Source: Aciduliprofundum boonei T469 (GTDB taxonomy: Archaea > Thermoplasmatota > Thermoplasmata > Thermoplasmatales > Aciduliprofundaceae). From it: a DNA stretch of 32,000 nucleotides. Made by a program: the position numbers and the translations under genes. The stretch's first letter is position 1, and each line of letters opens with the position of its first letter. Below, piece after piece: positions 23,920 through 32,000 of the stretch. The stretch lies in assembly GCF_000025665.1 (NCBI RefSeq), contig NC_013926.1:270001-302000 (forward strand), read 5' to 3'. Below the pieces are notes generated by a model. It ran no database searches. It saw only the letters and a program-made list of their open reading frames with translations, and was not told the DNA's origin.

Positions 23920-24710
23920 GATTCGGTCTTTTCCTCTTCAGCATTTTCCTCTTTGCCTTCTTCTTTATTTTCTTCTGCATTCTCTGTATTTTCATCTGTG
24001 TTCTCTTTGGTCTCTTCCTCTTTTTTCTCTTCCTTCTTTGGATAAACTTCCACGAACTTCACATTCTTGTTTGCAACATAATCCCTTATGTCTCCAACAA
24101 TTGCGTATTTTGCAACAGCCCAGTTGCTATCGTACTTGCATACATCTGGAAGCTCGATAATTATATCATCATCCTTAACCTCAATATTGAATTTCTCAAC
24201 CTCTTTACCATAATCCATTTCAATTATGGCACGAACCTTATCCACATCCCCTTCAACTTTCTCAACAATCTTGAATTTGTACTTCAGTGTTTTGCCGGCA
24301 AGTGGATGATTGAAATCTATAACAACGCGACCAGGAGTAACCGTAACTATTCTTCCACGCTTGTTATTTATCACAACTTCCTTACCTACTTCAGGCTCGA
24401 TTTTCTGTCTAGCGAGTTCCCTGTAAGAATGTATCTTCACGAGCTTCGGGTCTCTTTCCCCATAACCCTTCTCTGGAGGTATTGTGACTTCATAATCTTT
24501 ATCAACTTCCGCCTTCAGAAGTTCTTCATCAATGCCCTTTATCAATCTTCCAGCTCCAACAACAGAGACCATCGGCCCATACTTTACATTAGGATCATGA
24601 ATGCCATGCTCTTTGGCAAGATCCTCCTTGGTTGTATCAAACAAAATCTCATTTCCATCCTCAACGACCCAAGCTTCGAATTCCCAGCGTATTATGTCTC
24701 CTTTTTCCAT
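23916..24710 (-). CDS. Long-type archaeal FKBP peptidyl-prolyl cis-trans isomerase with an acidic low-complexity tail
   Basis: FKBP core (VSVVGAGRLIKGIDEELL, PPEKGYGERDPKLV), insert-in-flap region, NHPLAGKTLKYKFKIVEK, and a C-terminal domain. The tail is KKEEKKEEETKENTDENTENAEENKEEGKEENAEEEKTES. Confidence 0.85.
   Translation of the reverse strand: MEKGDIIRWEFEAWVVEDGNEILFDTTKEDLAKEHGIHDPNVKYGPMVSVVGAGRLIKGIDEELLKAEVDKDYEVTIPPEKGYGERDPKLVKIHSYRELARQKIEPEVGKEVVINNKRGRIVTVTPGRVVIDFNHPLAGKTLKYKFKIVEKVEGDVDKVRAIIEMDYGKEVEKFNIEVKDDDIIIELPDVCKYDSNWAVAKYAIVGDIRDYVANKNVKFVEVYPKKEEKKEEETKENTDENTENAEENKEEGKEENAEEEKTES
23919..24041 (-). repeat. Low-complexity GAA/AAG-rich stretch encoding the acidic FKBP tail
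   Basis: The translated tail is KKEEKKEEETKENTDENTENAEENKEEGKEENAEEEKTES. The plus strand shows iterated TTC/CTC/TTT units. Confidence 0.8.
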
Positions 24711-24801
24711 ATGAATCCCTCAACCCCATATCTTGATTCTATATTTAAGAATTTGCATAACACGAAATAATAATATTCATGTTTGCCATACCCCTACCAC
24801 A

Positions 24802-25191
24802 ATGAAAGTGGATAAAGCTAAGAAATATTTCAATTGCTCTTCTTCTGAAAGGGCGGCATTTGAGGCGGGAATTAAGTTAGGTACCGTGTATCACCAATTT
24901 GTGGGCACTCCATTAAGTTTAGAGAATGTGGACGCTTTGGAGAAGGCAATAGAGGCAAGCTTAAAAGTTCAGCCCTTCGTTGTGGATGCAAAGGTTAGAA
25001 TTGATAGGAGCAGAATAAAAAAGAAGAGCGGATTTTACAAATATTTGACGCTAAGCGGTGATATGCTCGATGTTGAGCTAACCGTGCAATATGAGGATAA
25101 AACTGCGCTATGCAAATTAGAATATGTAGAGGAGATGGATTATCCCCTGATGTACATTAAAGAAATAAGAGGTGCTGAAAATGTACATTAA
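24802..25191 (+). CDS. mptD: Archaeal dihydroneopterin aldolase (MptD-like)
   Basis: I start at MKVDKAKKY (ATG 24802). SSSERAAFEAGIKLGTVYHQFVGTP matches my recollection of the conserved MptD motif. 129 aa. Confidence 0.6.
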   Translation: MKVDKAKKYFNCSSSERAAFEAGIKLGTVYHQFVGTPLSLENVDALEKAIEASLKVQPFVVDAKVRIDRSRIKKKSGFYKYLTLSGDMLDVELTVQYEDKTALCKLEYVEEMDYPLMYIKEIRGAENVH

Positions 25192-25720
25192 AATCGGGTT
25201 GAGTGGATTGCCAGGTGTTGGGAAAACTACCACCCTCATAAAGACCATTGAGATTCTGGAGGAGGAGGGCTATATTGTGGGAGGAATGATAACCGAAGAG
25301 TTAAGGGAGAATGGGAAAAGAACTGGGTTTTATGTGTTGGACTGGATGAGCAAAGAGAAGAAAGTTTTTGCCCACAAAGATTTTGAATCTAGGCACAAAG
25401 TTGGAAAATACGGAATTGATATAAAAGCGCTGGAAGAGGTGGGAATAAAAGCACTCCAAGATGCTATGGATAAAGCAGACATAATTGTAATAGACGAAAT
25501 TGGAAAGATGGAGGTAGAGAGCAAGAAATTCGTTCAAACTGTGCGTGATATCTTAGATATGGACAAGCACATAATAATGACTCTTCATAAAAAATCAAGG
25601 AACTCCCTATTACAAGAGATCAGAAGAAGGGATGATATAAGGATGCTAGAAGTCACTCCTATAAATAGAAATCTATTGCCTTTTAAAATAGTGCAACTGA
25701 TAAAAGGGGAGAGGCAGTGA
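25181..25720 (+). CDS. THEP1-type nucleoside triphosphatase
   Basis: P-loop GLPGVGKTT and Walker B VIDEIGKME, about 179 aa. AGAGGTG lies 7 nt upstream of ATG 25181. It overlaps the mptD 3' end by 11 nt. Confidence 0.75.
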   Translation: MYIKIGLSGLPGVGKTTTLIKTIEILEEEGYIVGGMITEELRENGKRTGFYVLDWMSKEKKVFAHKDFESRHKVGKYGIDIKALEEVGIKALQDAMDKADIIVIDEIGKMEVESKKFVQTVRDILDMDKHIIMTLHKKSRNSLLQEIRRRDDIRMLEVTPINRNLLPFKIVQLIKGERQ

Positions 25721-26739
25721 TAGTTGAAGAGGGAAAGATAAAGATTTTAGCACCAAATGTGAACCTAAGAGGTCCGGGGAAGATTGAAGGAGTTTTTTAC
25801 AACAGAGCAATGGTATTCAACAGAGATACCTCTATCTTCCTCCTCTATAATTTAAGAGTAAAGAACGCTTTAGATGCACTCGCCGCCACCGGTGTGAGGG
25901 GAATAAGATTTGCAAAGGAATTAGGTATTGAAACTACCATAAACGATAAAGATTCAAGAGCGGTGGAAATAATAAAGAAGAATTTAGAACTCAACAATGT
26001 CGAGGCAAGAGTGACAAATAGAGATGCAAACGCATTGATGATTGAGGAAAAATACAACTATGTAGACATTGACCCCTTTGGAACACCTGTGCCATTCATA
26101 GATTCGGCAATACTCTCGGGGAAAATAATTGGAATAACCGCCACGGATACAGCAACTCTCGGTGGAAGAAATAGGAGAATTGTGAGAAGATACCTAGCCG
26201 ATGTTTGTGCCCCTACAGAGCTTGTCCATGAGATTGGAATTAGAGTTCTCCTTGGTTACATAGGAAGGATGGCAGTTAGATTTGATCTGGGCATAGAGCC
26301 GATAATTAGCATATGGCAAGGGCATTTTTACAGGGTATATGTGAGAATTAAAAAAGGGGTATCTAAAGCCAATGCAACCTTAGAAAAAATAAAAAATACT
26401 GAATTCGGAGGACCCATATGGGTAGGAGAGATGCACGATTTCTCCTTTTTGAAGAATTCAAAAATTCCAGAATGGCTGCCCACCAAAAAAATCCTAGAAA
26501 AATACCTTTCAATCTGGAAAAATGAAAAATTCTTTCTTTTCTACCACCTACCCTCAATTTCCAGCGAGTTAAGAGTTTCCACTCCTTCCCCAAGGCAAAT
26601 AATAGAGAATTTGAAAGAGCAAGGCTATGAGGCATATCCCACTCAATTCTCACCTCAGGGTATAAGAAGCAATGCTCCAGTAGATGTTTTGAAGGATATA
26701 ATAAAGAGTGCTAATTCTTCTCACTGGGAAAGCCAATAA
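25717..26739 (+). CDS. trm1: tRNA (guanine26-N2)-dimethyltransferase Trm1
   Basis: FYNRAMVFNRD, LDALAATGVRGIRFA and VDIDPFGTP motifs. GTG start, overlapping the upstream stop (GTGA). The next in-frame Met falls inside the conserved N-terminal motif, so the GTG is needed. Confidence 0.85.
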   Translation: MIVEEGKIKILAPNVNLRGPGKIEGVFYNRAMVFNRDTSIFLLYNLRVKNALDALAATGVRGIRFAKELGIETTINDKDSRAVEIIKKNLELNNVEARVTNRDANALMIEEKYNYVDIDPFGTPVPFIDSAILSGKIIGITATDTATLGGRNRRIVRRYLADVCAPTELVHEIGIRVLLGYIGRMAVRFDLGIEPIISIWQGHFYRVYVRIKKGVSKANATLEKIKNTEFGGPIWVGEMHDFSFLKNSKIPEWLPTKKILEKYLSIWKNEKFFLFYHLPSISSELRVSTPSPRQIIENLKEQGYEAYPTQFSPQGIRSNAPVDVLKDIIKSANSSHWESQ

Positions 26740-26771
26740 ATAGAATAATGCAATTACCGTGTGGTGATGTT

Positions 26772-27332
26772 ATGATAGAAATTCGTTTTCATGGACGAGG
26801 TGGACAGGGTTCGGTTATAGCCTCAAAGATATTAGCTAAGGCATTCTTTATGGAAGGAAAATATGTATCTGCGTTTCCCTACTACGGGGTAGAAAGAAGA
26901 GGTGCACCTGTAACTGCATTTACAAGGGTAGATGAGAAGCCAATCAGGGCAAAGTACCAGATTTACGAGCCGGATTATGTAATCGTTTTAGACCCATCCT
27001 TATTAACGGCCGTGGATGTTCTTCATGGATTGAAAAGAAATGGCTGGATTCTTGTAAACACAGCAAAGAAGCCAGTGGAATTAAGAAGTACCCTTAATTT
27101 CCCACATATTGCTACTGTAGATGCCACAACAATAGCCCTAAAGCATCATCTTGGCTCACAGGCTGCACCTATTGTAAATACGGCCATTTTAGGAGCCTTC
27201 TCAAAACTAAGTGAGATGGTAAAAATAGAAACGGTTATGGATGCTATTCGACAAATGGCACCCGTCAAGCAAGAAGAAAACGCTCAAGCGGCAAAAGATG
27301 CTTATGAAAGCGTTATAGTTGGAGGTGATTAA
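26772..27332 (+). CDS. porG: 2-oxoacid (pyruvate-type):ferredoxin oxidoreductase gamma subunit
   Basis: MIEIRFHGRGGQGSVIASKILA. GGTGAT lies 3 nt upstream of ATG 26772. POR versus VOR specificity cannot be read from the sequence. Confidence 0.85.
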   Translation: MIEIRFHGRGGQGSVIASKILAKAFFMEGKYVSAFPYYGVERRGAPVTAFTRVDEKPIRAKYQIYEPDYVIVLDPSLLTAVDVLHGLKRNGWILVNTAKKPVELRSTLNFPHIATVDATTIALKHHLGSQAAPIVNTAILGAFSKLSEMVKIETVMDAIRQMAPVKQEENAQAAKDAYESVIVGGD

Positions 27333-27333
27333 G

Positions 27334-27660
27334 ATGCCCATAATATTGCCTGAAGAACCAACACCCATAGCAAAGGTTCCAAGCACAGAGAATAAAACAG
27401 GAGGTTGGAGGACTTTCAGACCAATCATCCATTATGATAAATGCATACGCTGTTATATATGCTGGAAATTCTGTCCAGACGCGGCTATTCATTTTGCATC
27501 GCCAGAAGCACATGAGGCACCAAAGGAAGCACTTGCCAAATTCGATACTGTGGAAATAAATTACGATTTCTGCAAGGGCTGCGGAATATGTGCCAATGAG
27601 TGCCCAACAAAAGCCATTGAACTTGTGCTAGAAGAAAGTTTCAGGGGTGATGAAGAATGA
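27334..27660 (+). CDS. porD: 2-oxoacid:ferredoxin oxidoreductase delta subunit (2x[4Fe-4S])
   Basis: CIRCYICWKFCP and CKGCGICANECP motifs. GGAGGTGA (27321-27328) precedes ATG 27334. Confidence 0.85.
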   Translation: MPIILPEEPTPIAKVPSTENKTGGWRTFRPIIHYDKCIRCYICWKFCPDAAIHFASPEAHEAPKEALAKFDTVEINYDFCKGCGICANECPTKAIELVLEESFRGDEE

Positions 27661-28844
27661 AGATGATTCTCACAGGTAATGAGAGTGCCGCCTGGGGAGC
27701 TAGACTTTCAAAGCCAAAGGTAATTGCTGCTTATCCCATTACTCCCCAAACGAGCATAATTGAAACAATTGCAGCTTTCATTGCAAATGGAGAAATGGAT
27801 GCACGATACATTCGTGTTGAGAGCGAGCATTCTGCAATGGCTGCCTGCATAGCAGCTCAAAACACGGGAGTAAGGACATACACGGCTACTAGTGCCCATG
27901 GCCTCGCACTTATGCACGAGGTTTTAATGTGGGCGTCCGGCGCAAGATTGCCCATTGTAATGAGCGTTGTGAATCGCGCAATGGCTCCTCCGTGGAGCGT
28001 TTGGACTGACCAGCTTGATACCATGGCAGAGCGAGATAGTGGATGGATACAGGTTTATGCTCAGAATAATCAGGAAGTGCTTGATTCCATAATAATGTCC
28101 TACAAGATTGCAGAAAAGCATAATATCCTCTTACCCACTATGGTAATTGAAGATGCTTTCATTCTATCTCACACATCGGAAGGTGTAGACATCCCAGAAC
28201 AAAAGAAGGTAGATGATTTCTTAGGGGAATACATTCCTGCATTCAAATTGGACCCCGATGAGCCTGGTGGATTTGGCTCTTTGATTATGCCTGAGGGGCC
28301 CTATATGGAGTTCCGCTACAAGATGGCCCTGGCAATGGATGAGGCAAGAAACGAAATAAAGAAAGTTGTGGAGGAATATAACGAGAATTTCAATAGGAAT
28401 TATTCACCATTCATAGAGGAGTATCGCACAGAAGATGCAGATGCAGTTATGGTTGTTTTGGGCACAATCGGTTCTACAGCGAAGGATGTGGTTGATAAAA
28501 TGAGGGAGAAGGGCAAGAAGGTTGGAGTTGCCAGAGTTAGATACTTCCGTCCATTCCCCATAGATGAAATACGAGCTTTAGCCAAGAAGACAAGTATGAT
28601 TGGCGTAGTAGATAGAAGCTACTCCTTCGGTCCAGGCGCAGATTTGTACGCTGAGACAAAATCCGTACTCTATGGGCATACAACCATACCTGTAAAGAAC
28701 TATGTGATGGGGCTTGGTGGGAGAGATATAACACCACAGGTACTTGAGAAGGTATTCAATGATATGCTTGCAATTACAAAAGAAGGGGTTGTAGACAGAG
28801 AGGTTGAATGGGTTGGCTTACATGGAGACGAGAGGTGGTCATAA
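27657..28844 (+). CDS. porA: 2-oxoacid:ferredoxin oxidoreductase alpha subunit
   Basis: 395 aa. LTGNESAAWGARLSKPKVIAAYPITPQT N-terminus. ATGA overlap with porD. Confidence 0.9.
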   Translation: MKMILTGNESAAWGARLSKPKVIAAYPITPQTSIIETIAAFIANGEMDARYIRVESEHSAMAACIAAQNTGVRTYTATSAHGLALMHEVLMWASGARLPIVMSVVNRAMAPPWSVWTDQLDTMAERDSGWIQVYAQNNQEVLDSIIMSYKIAEKHNILLPTMVIEDAFILSHTSEGVDIPEQKKVDDFLGEYIPAFKLDPDEPGGFGSLIMPEGPYMEFRYKMALAMDEARNEIKKVVEEYNENFNRNYSPFIEEYRTEDADAVMVVLGTIGSTAKDVVDKMREKGKKVGVARVRYFRPFPIDEIRALAKKTSMIGVVDRSYSFGPGADLYAETKSVLYGHTTIPVKNYVMGLGGRDITPQVLEKVFNDMLAITKEGVVDREVEWVGLHGDERWS

Positions 28845-29749
28845 TGAAAAAATTAACCATACCTGAAGAGGAGTATATGCTTCCTGGGCATACTGCTTGC
28901 CTTGGCTGTGGAGCAACAATAGCCATGCGCTATGTTCTAAAGGCCCTTGGTAAAAATACAATTTTATCCATTCCAGCATGCTGCTGGGCTGTCATTCCAG
29001 GCGTGTATCCTCACCGAACTTTAGAAGTTCCCCTGCTCTATACTGCCTTTGAAGTTACAGGAGCCTCCATATCAGGAATCAGAGAAGCTTTGGATGCCCT
29101 CGGCAAAGAAGATGTTAATGTCGTGGGATTTGCAGGAGATGGTGGTACAGCAGATATTGGCCTTCAAGCTCTAAGCGCAGCAGCTGAGCGCGGGCATAAT
29201 GTTTTCTACATAATGTATGATAATGAGGCATATATGAACACGGGCATACAGCGCTCCGGCTCAACTCCTATGGGTGCTTGGACTACAACCACTCCTGGAG
29301 GAAAGAAGAGGATATACAAGTGGGAACCAAAGAAGAATGTTGCCGAAATAATGGTCGCTCACCATATCCCCTATGTGGCCACTGCCACCATTGCTTATCC
29401 TGAGGATATGATTGCCAAATTGAAGAGAGCCAAGGAAATTAAAGGCCCAAAATTCTTCCAGATTCTATCACCTTGCCCAACGGGATGGAGACATTCTCCA
29501 GATAAAACAGTGGAAATATCACGCCTGGCCGTGCAAACAAACATATTCCCGCTCTACGAGGTTATAAATGGAAAATACAAAATTTCAATAAAGCCAAAGA
29601 ATCCAAAGCCGGTAAAGGAGTACCTGCGTCTCCAAGGCAGGTTCAGACATTTAACCGAGGAAGAAATTGCGATGATTCAAAAGAATGTGGATGAGAATTG
29701 GAAGGCATTGCTGAAGAAGGAGCGCTGCTCACAGGAGGAAGATGAATGA
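28844..29749 (+). CDS. porB: 2-oxoacid:ferredoxin oxidoreductase beta subunit (TPP-binding)
   Basis: I start at MKKLTIPEEEY (TAATG overlap with porA at 28842-28846). GHTACLGCGA and GFAGDGGTADIG motifs. Confidence 0.9.
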   Translation: MKKLTIPEEEYMLPGHTACLGCGATIAMRYVLKALGKNTILSIPACCWAVIPGVYPHRTLEVPLLYTAFEVTGASISGIREALDALGKEDVNVVGFAGDGGTADIGLQALSAAAERGHNVFYIMYDNEAYMNTGIQRSGSTPMGAWTTTTPGGKKRIYKWEPKKNVAEIMVAHHIPYVATATIAYPEDMIAKLKRAKEIKGPKFFQILSPCPTGWRHSPDKTVEISRLAVQTNIFPLYEVINGKYKISIKPKNPKPVKEYLRLQGRFRHLTEEEIAMIQKNVDENWKALLKKERCSQEEDE

Positions 29750-31635
29750 AATACCAAAATATTCTCGCTGATGAGCCTGGAAGAAAGGAGTTTCTACTCG
29801 GAAACGAGGCAGTAGTAAGGGGAGCATTAGAAGCAGGCGTGGATTTTGCGAGTACCTATCCAGGCACACCATCCAGCGAGATAGGAAATGTTCTTTTCTA
29901 TATTGCAAAGCAAGCAGGCGTGTACTTTGAATTCTCCACCAACGAAAAGGTTGCTATGGAGGTCAGCGCTGCAGCAGCAGCCTCTGGACTCCGTTCTTTA
30001 GTGTTTTTCAAGCATGTGGGGTTAAATGTAGCGGCGGATGCGTTCATGACAACAGCGTACATAGGCACCAACGGAGGATTGGTCATATTAACGGCAGATG
30101 ACCCGAGCATGCATTCCTCGCAGAACGAGCAGGACAATAGGCATTATGCCATGCTCTCCGGCATGCCTATGATTGAACCATCCAACGCACAGGAGATGAA
30201 GGATTTCATCAAGGAAGCATTTGAGATTTCGGAAAAACTGAAACTTCCTGTGTTATTCCGCACAACAACTCGCGTCAATCATGTTAGAGGCATAGTGGAT
30301 TATGGAGAGATGAAAGAGAAGAGAGGAAAGGGTTATTTCAAGAAGGATCCAAAGAGGTATGTGCCCGTGCCCGAGAACTCAAGGAGAATGCATAAAGCAC
30401 TTCTTGAGAAGATAGAAAAAGCTAGAGAGTTAAGTAACAGCTCTCCGTTAAACAGGGTTGAGTGGAACGATGGAGAGGTGGGAATAATAACGAGTGGAGT
30501 CGCGTACAATTATGTTTACGATGTCGCCAATCAACTGGGCTTAAAGGTGAACATCCTGAAACTAGCCTTCACGCATCCATTCCCCGATGAATTGGTTAAA
30601 GATTTCATCTCAAAGCACAAGAAAATCATAATTGCGGAGGAATTAGAGCCATACCTGGAGAGGGAGACTAGGATAGTGGCTGAGATGAACAACATCGATG
30701 TGGAGATTTACGGAAAGCTCAACGGCTACTTCCCAAGGGCTTACGAGTACAATCCAGATGTGATAAAAGACGCTTTTGAGAAGATTTTAGGCATTAAGGT
30801 TGAGAGAAAGGCCTATGAGCCAAAGCCCGTGGAGCTTCCAGCGAGGCCACCTGTGCTCTGTCCCGGCTGCCCTCACAGAGCCACATACTACGCAGCTATG
30901 ATGGCTCTCAAACAGCTCAAAATCAAAGACGCCATAATAACCACGGATATCGGTTGCTATACCCTGGGCATACAGAAGCCCTACGAAATGGCAGATTACC
31001 TGCTCTGCATGGGCTCAAGCATAGGTACAGCAGTTGGCTTCTCCAAGGCAACGGAGCAGAAGGTGATTGGTTTCGTGGGCGATTCAACCTTCTTCCACGC
31101 CGCAATACCCGGGCTCATAGATGCGTACCACAATCGTGCAAATCTCGTCTATGTCATTCTGGATAATAGGACTACGGCGATGACTGGGCATCAGCCGCAT
31201 CCAGGATTGCCCATGGACGGAATGGGCAACAAGGCACCCTATGTGGATATAGAGAAATTAGTGCGTGGCATCGGTATTGACTGGGTTCGCACCGTGGACC
31301 CCTACGATGTCAATGAAACCATAAAGGTCTTCAAGGAGGCAATCCAGCACGAGGGAATTTCGGTGATAATAGCAAAGAGAGAGTGCGCATTACTCTGGGA
31401 TGCTGCCAGGCGCAAGCAGGGAGAGTGGTGGGTGTACGAGATAAATCAGGATAAATGCACGCAGTGTGGAATATGCTCTGACTGGCTCGCCTGCGTTGCC
31501 ATATACAAGGACAAGGATGATCTGGCTCCTAATGGAAAGCCAAGGGTGTACATTAATAATGCTCTTTGTGATGGATGTGGAGTTTGCGCCACAGTTTGCC
31601 CATTTAACGCTATTGAGAAGAAGGTGATAAAATGA
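29746..31635 (+). CDS. iorA: Indolepyruvate:ferredoxin oxidoreductase alpha subunit
   Basis: 629 aa. STYPGTPSSEI N-terminus, TPP motif GFVGDSTFFH, and C-terminal Cys clusters CTQCGICSDWLAC and CDGCGVCATVCP. ATGA overlap with porB. Confidence 0.9.
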   Translation: MKYQNILADEPGRKEFLLGNEAVVRGALEAGVDFASTYPGTPSSEIGNVLFYIAKQAGVYFEFSTNEKVAMEVSAAAAASGLRSLVFFKHVGLNVAADAFMTTAYIGTNGGLVILTADDPSMHSSQNEQDNRHYAMLSGMPMIEPSNAQEMKDFIKEAFEISEKLKLPVLFRTTTRVNHVRGIVDYGEMKEKRGKGYFKKDPKRYVPVPENSRRMHKALLEKIEKARELSNSSPLNRVEWNDGEVGIITSGVAYNYVYDVANQLGLKVNILKLAFTHPFPDELVKDFISKHKKIIIAEELEPYLERETRIVAEMNNIDVEIYGKLNGYFPRAYEYNPDVIKDAFEKILGIKVERKAYEPKPVELPARPPVLCPGCPHRATYYAAMMALKQLKIKDAIITTDIGCYTLGIQKPYEMADYLLCMGSSIGTAVGFSKATEQKVIGFVGDSTFFHAAIPGLIDAYHNRANLVYVILDNRTTAMTGHQPHPGLPMDGMGNKAPYVDIEKLVRGIGIDWVRTVDPYDVNETIKVFKEAIQHEGISVIIAKRECALLWDAARRKQGEWWVYEINQDKCTQCGICSDWLACVAIYKDKDDLAPNGKPRVYINNALCDGCGVCATVCPFNAIEKKVIK

Positions 31636-32000
31636 ATACGAGCATAATTTTCGCAGGAGTTGGAGGTCAGGGGGTGCTAACCGCATCGAGCATCGTGGGA
31701 AAGGCAGCTTTGCTATCAGGCATAAATGTGGTTATGAGCGAAGTTCACGGCATGGCCCAGCGTGGAGGAATCGTCGTGACTGAGATGAAAATCGGCGAGG
31801 CAAAGAGCCCACTCATAGGCAAGGGAGAGGCCGACATAATTGTAGGCTTCGAGCCCGTGGAAGCGTACAGGGCACTCCCCAAAGCGCATAAGGGAAGTTA
31901 TGTTATAGTTAATACCGAACCGATAATTCCAATAACTGCCTCTCTTGGAGATTCTTCCTATCCAGAAGTAAATGAGCTCTTGGAAAATATGAAGGACTTG
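31632..32000 (+). CDS. iorB: Indolepyruvate:ferredoxin oxidoreductase beta subunit (partial, runs off window)
   Basis: Not in the ORF track because no stop lies in the window. My translation is MNTSIIFAGVGGQGVLTASSIVGKAALLSGINVVMSEVHGMAQRGGIV..., the typical gamma/IorB-type GGQG fold. ATGA overlap with iorA. Confidence 0.8.
   Translation, partial: MNTSIIFAGVGGQGVLTASSIVGKAALLSGINVVMSEVHGMAQRGGIVVTEMKIGEAKSPLIGKGEADIIVGFEPVEAYRALPKAHKGSYVIVNTEPIIPITASLGDSSYPEVNELLENMKDL

Noticed and set aside
30923-31166. Arg/Pro-rich ORFs on both strands inside iorA
   Set aside because: They are a by-product of the local GC-rich composition, which depletes stop codons. iorA is unambiguous in this frame.
1-32000. 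Search for tRNA, rRNA, other structured RNA, CRISPR repeats and mobile elements
   Set aside because: No non-coding gap exceeds 150 nt. I saw no regularly spaced direct repeats, no GC-rich stem-rich islands outside coding regions, and no transposase/integrase-like ORF. Small ncRNAs inside or antisense to genes cannot be excluded by eye.

Overview
A compact, AT-rich archaeal chromosomal segment. Evidence for an archaeon: Shine-Dalgarno sites of the GGAGGTGAT type, TATA-like boxes about 25 nt upstream of many start codons, and the gene content (long-type FKBP, Trm1, MptD, THEP1, POR/IOR). I cannot assign a species; the content fits a thermophilic, peptide-fermenting euryarchaeon. I model 33 protein-coding genes, two of them cut by the window edges and therefore absent from the ORF track. 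About 917 nt (roughly 3%) are non-coding, and the largest gap is 150 nt. I see no rRNA, tRNA, CRISPR array, transposase or integrase. Layout: (i) 1-8085 is a surface-glycan locus. A sequon-rich surface protein and a PAP2 phosphatase lie on the minus strand. A very AT-rich five-gene methyltransferase/glycosyltransferase operon diverges from them. (ii) 8096-9400 is an APC permease. (iii) 9550-17402 is a UDP-GlcNAc supply cluster: epimerase, GlmU-like, GlmM-like, GlmS and a second nucleotidyltransferase paralog. Opposite-strand genes (an Aah1-type deaminase and a small wHTH protein) are interleaved with it. (iv) 17433-24710 holds mixed housekeeping genes: TauE, GNAT, MobB-FeS fusion, MoeA, a hypothetical, MFS, HD, NifX-like, FKBP. 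(v) 24802-32000 is one co-directional array, mptD-thep1-trm1-porGDAB-iorAB. Its last six genes have 1 nt or less between them, and a markedly GC-richer patch lies over the ior genes. I found no clear, self-contained new system such as a defence island or toxin module. The candidates most worth follow-up are the surface protein plus glycan locus, the wHTH/glmM shared-TATA arrangement, the divergent nucleotidyltransferase coupled to glmS, and the MobB Fe-S fusion. All functional calls rest on motifs read by eye, not on searches.
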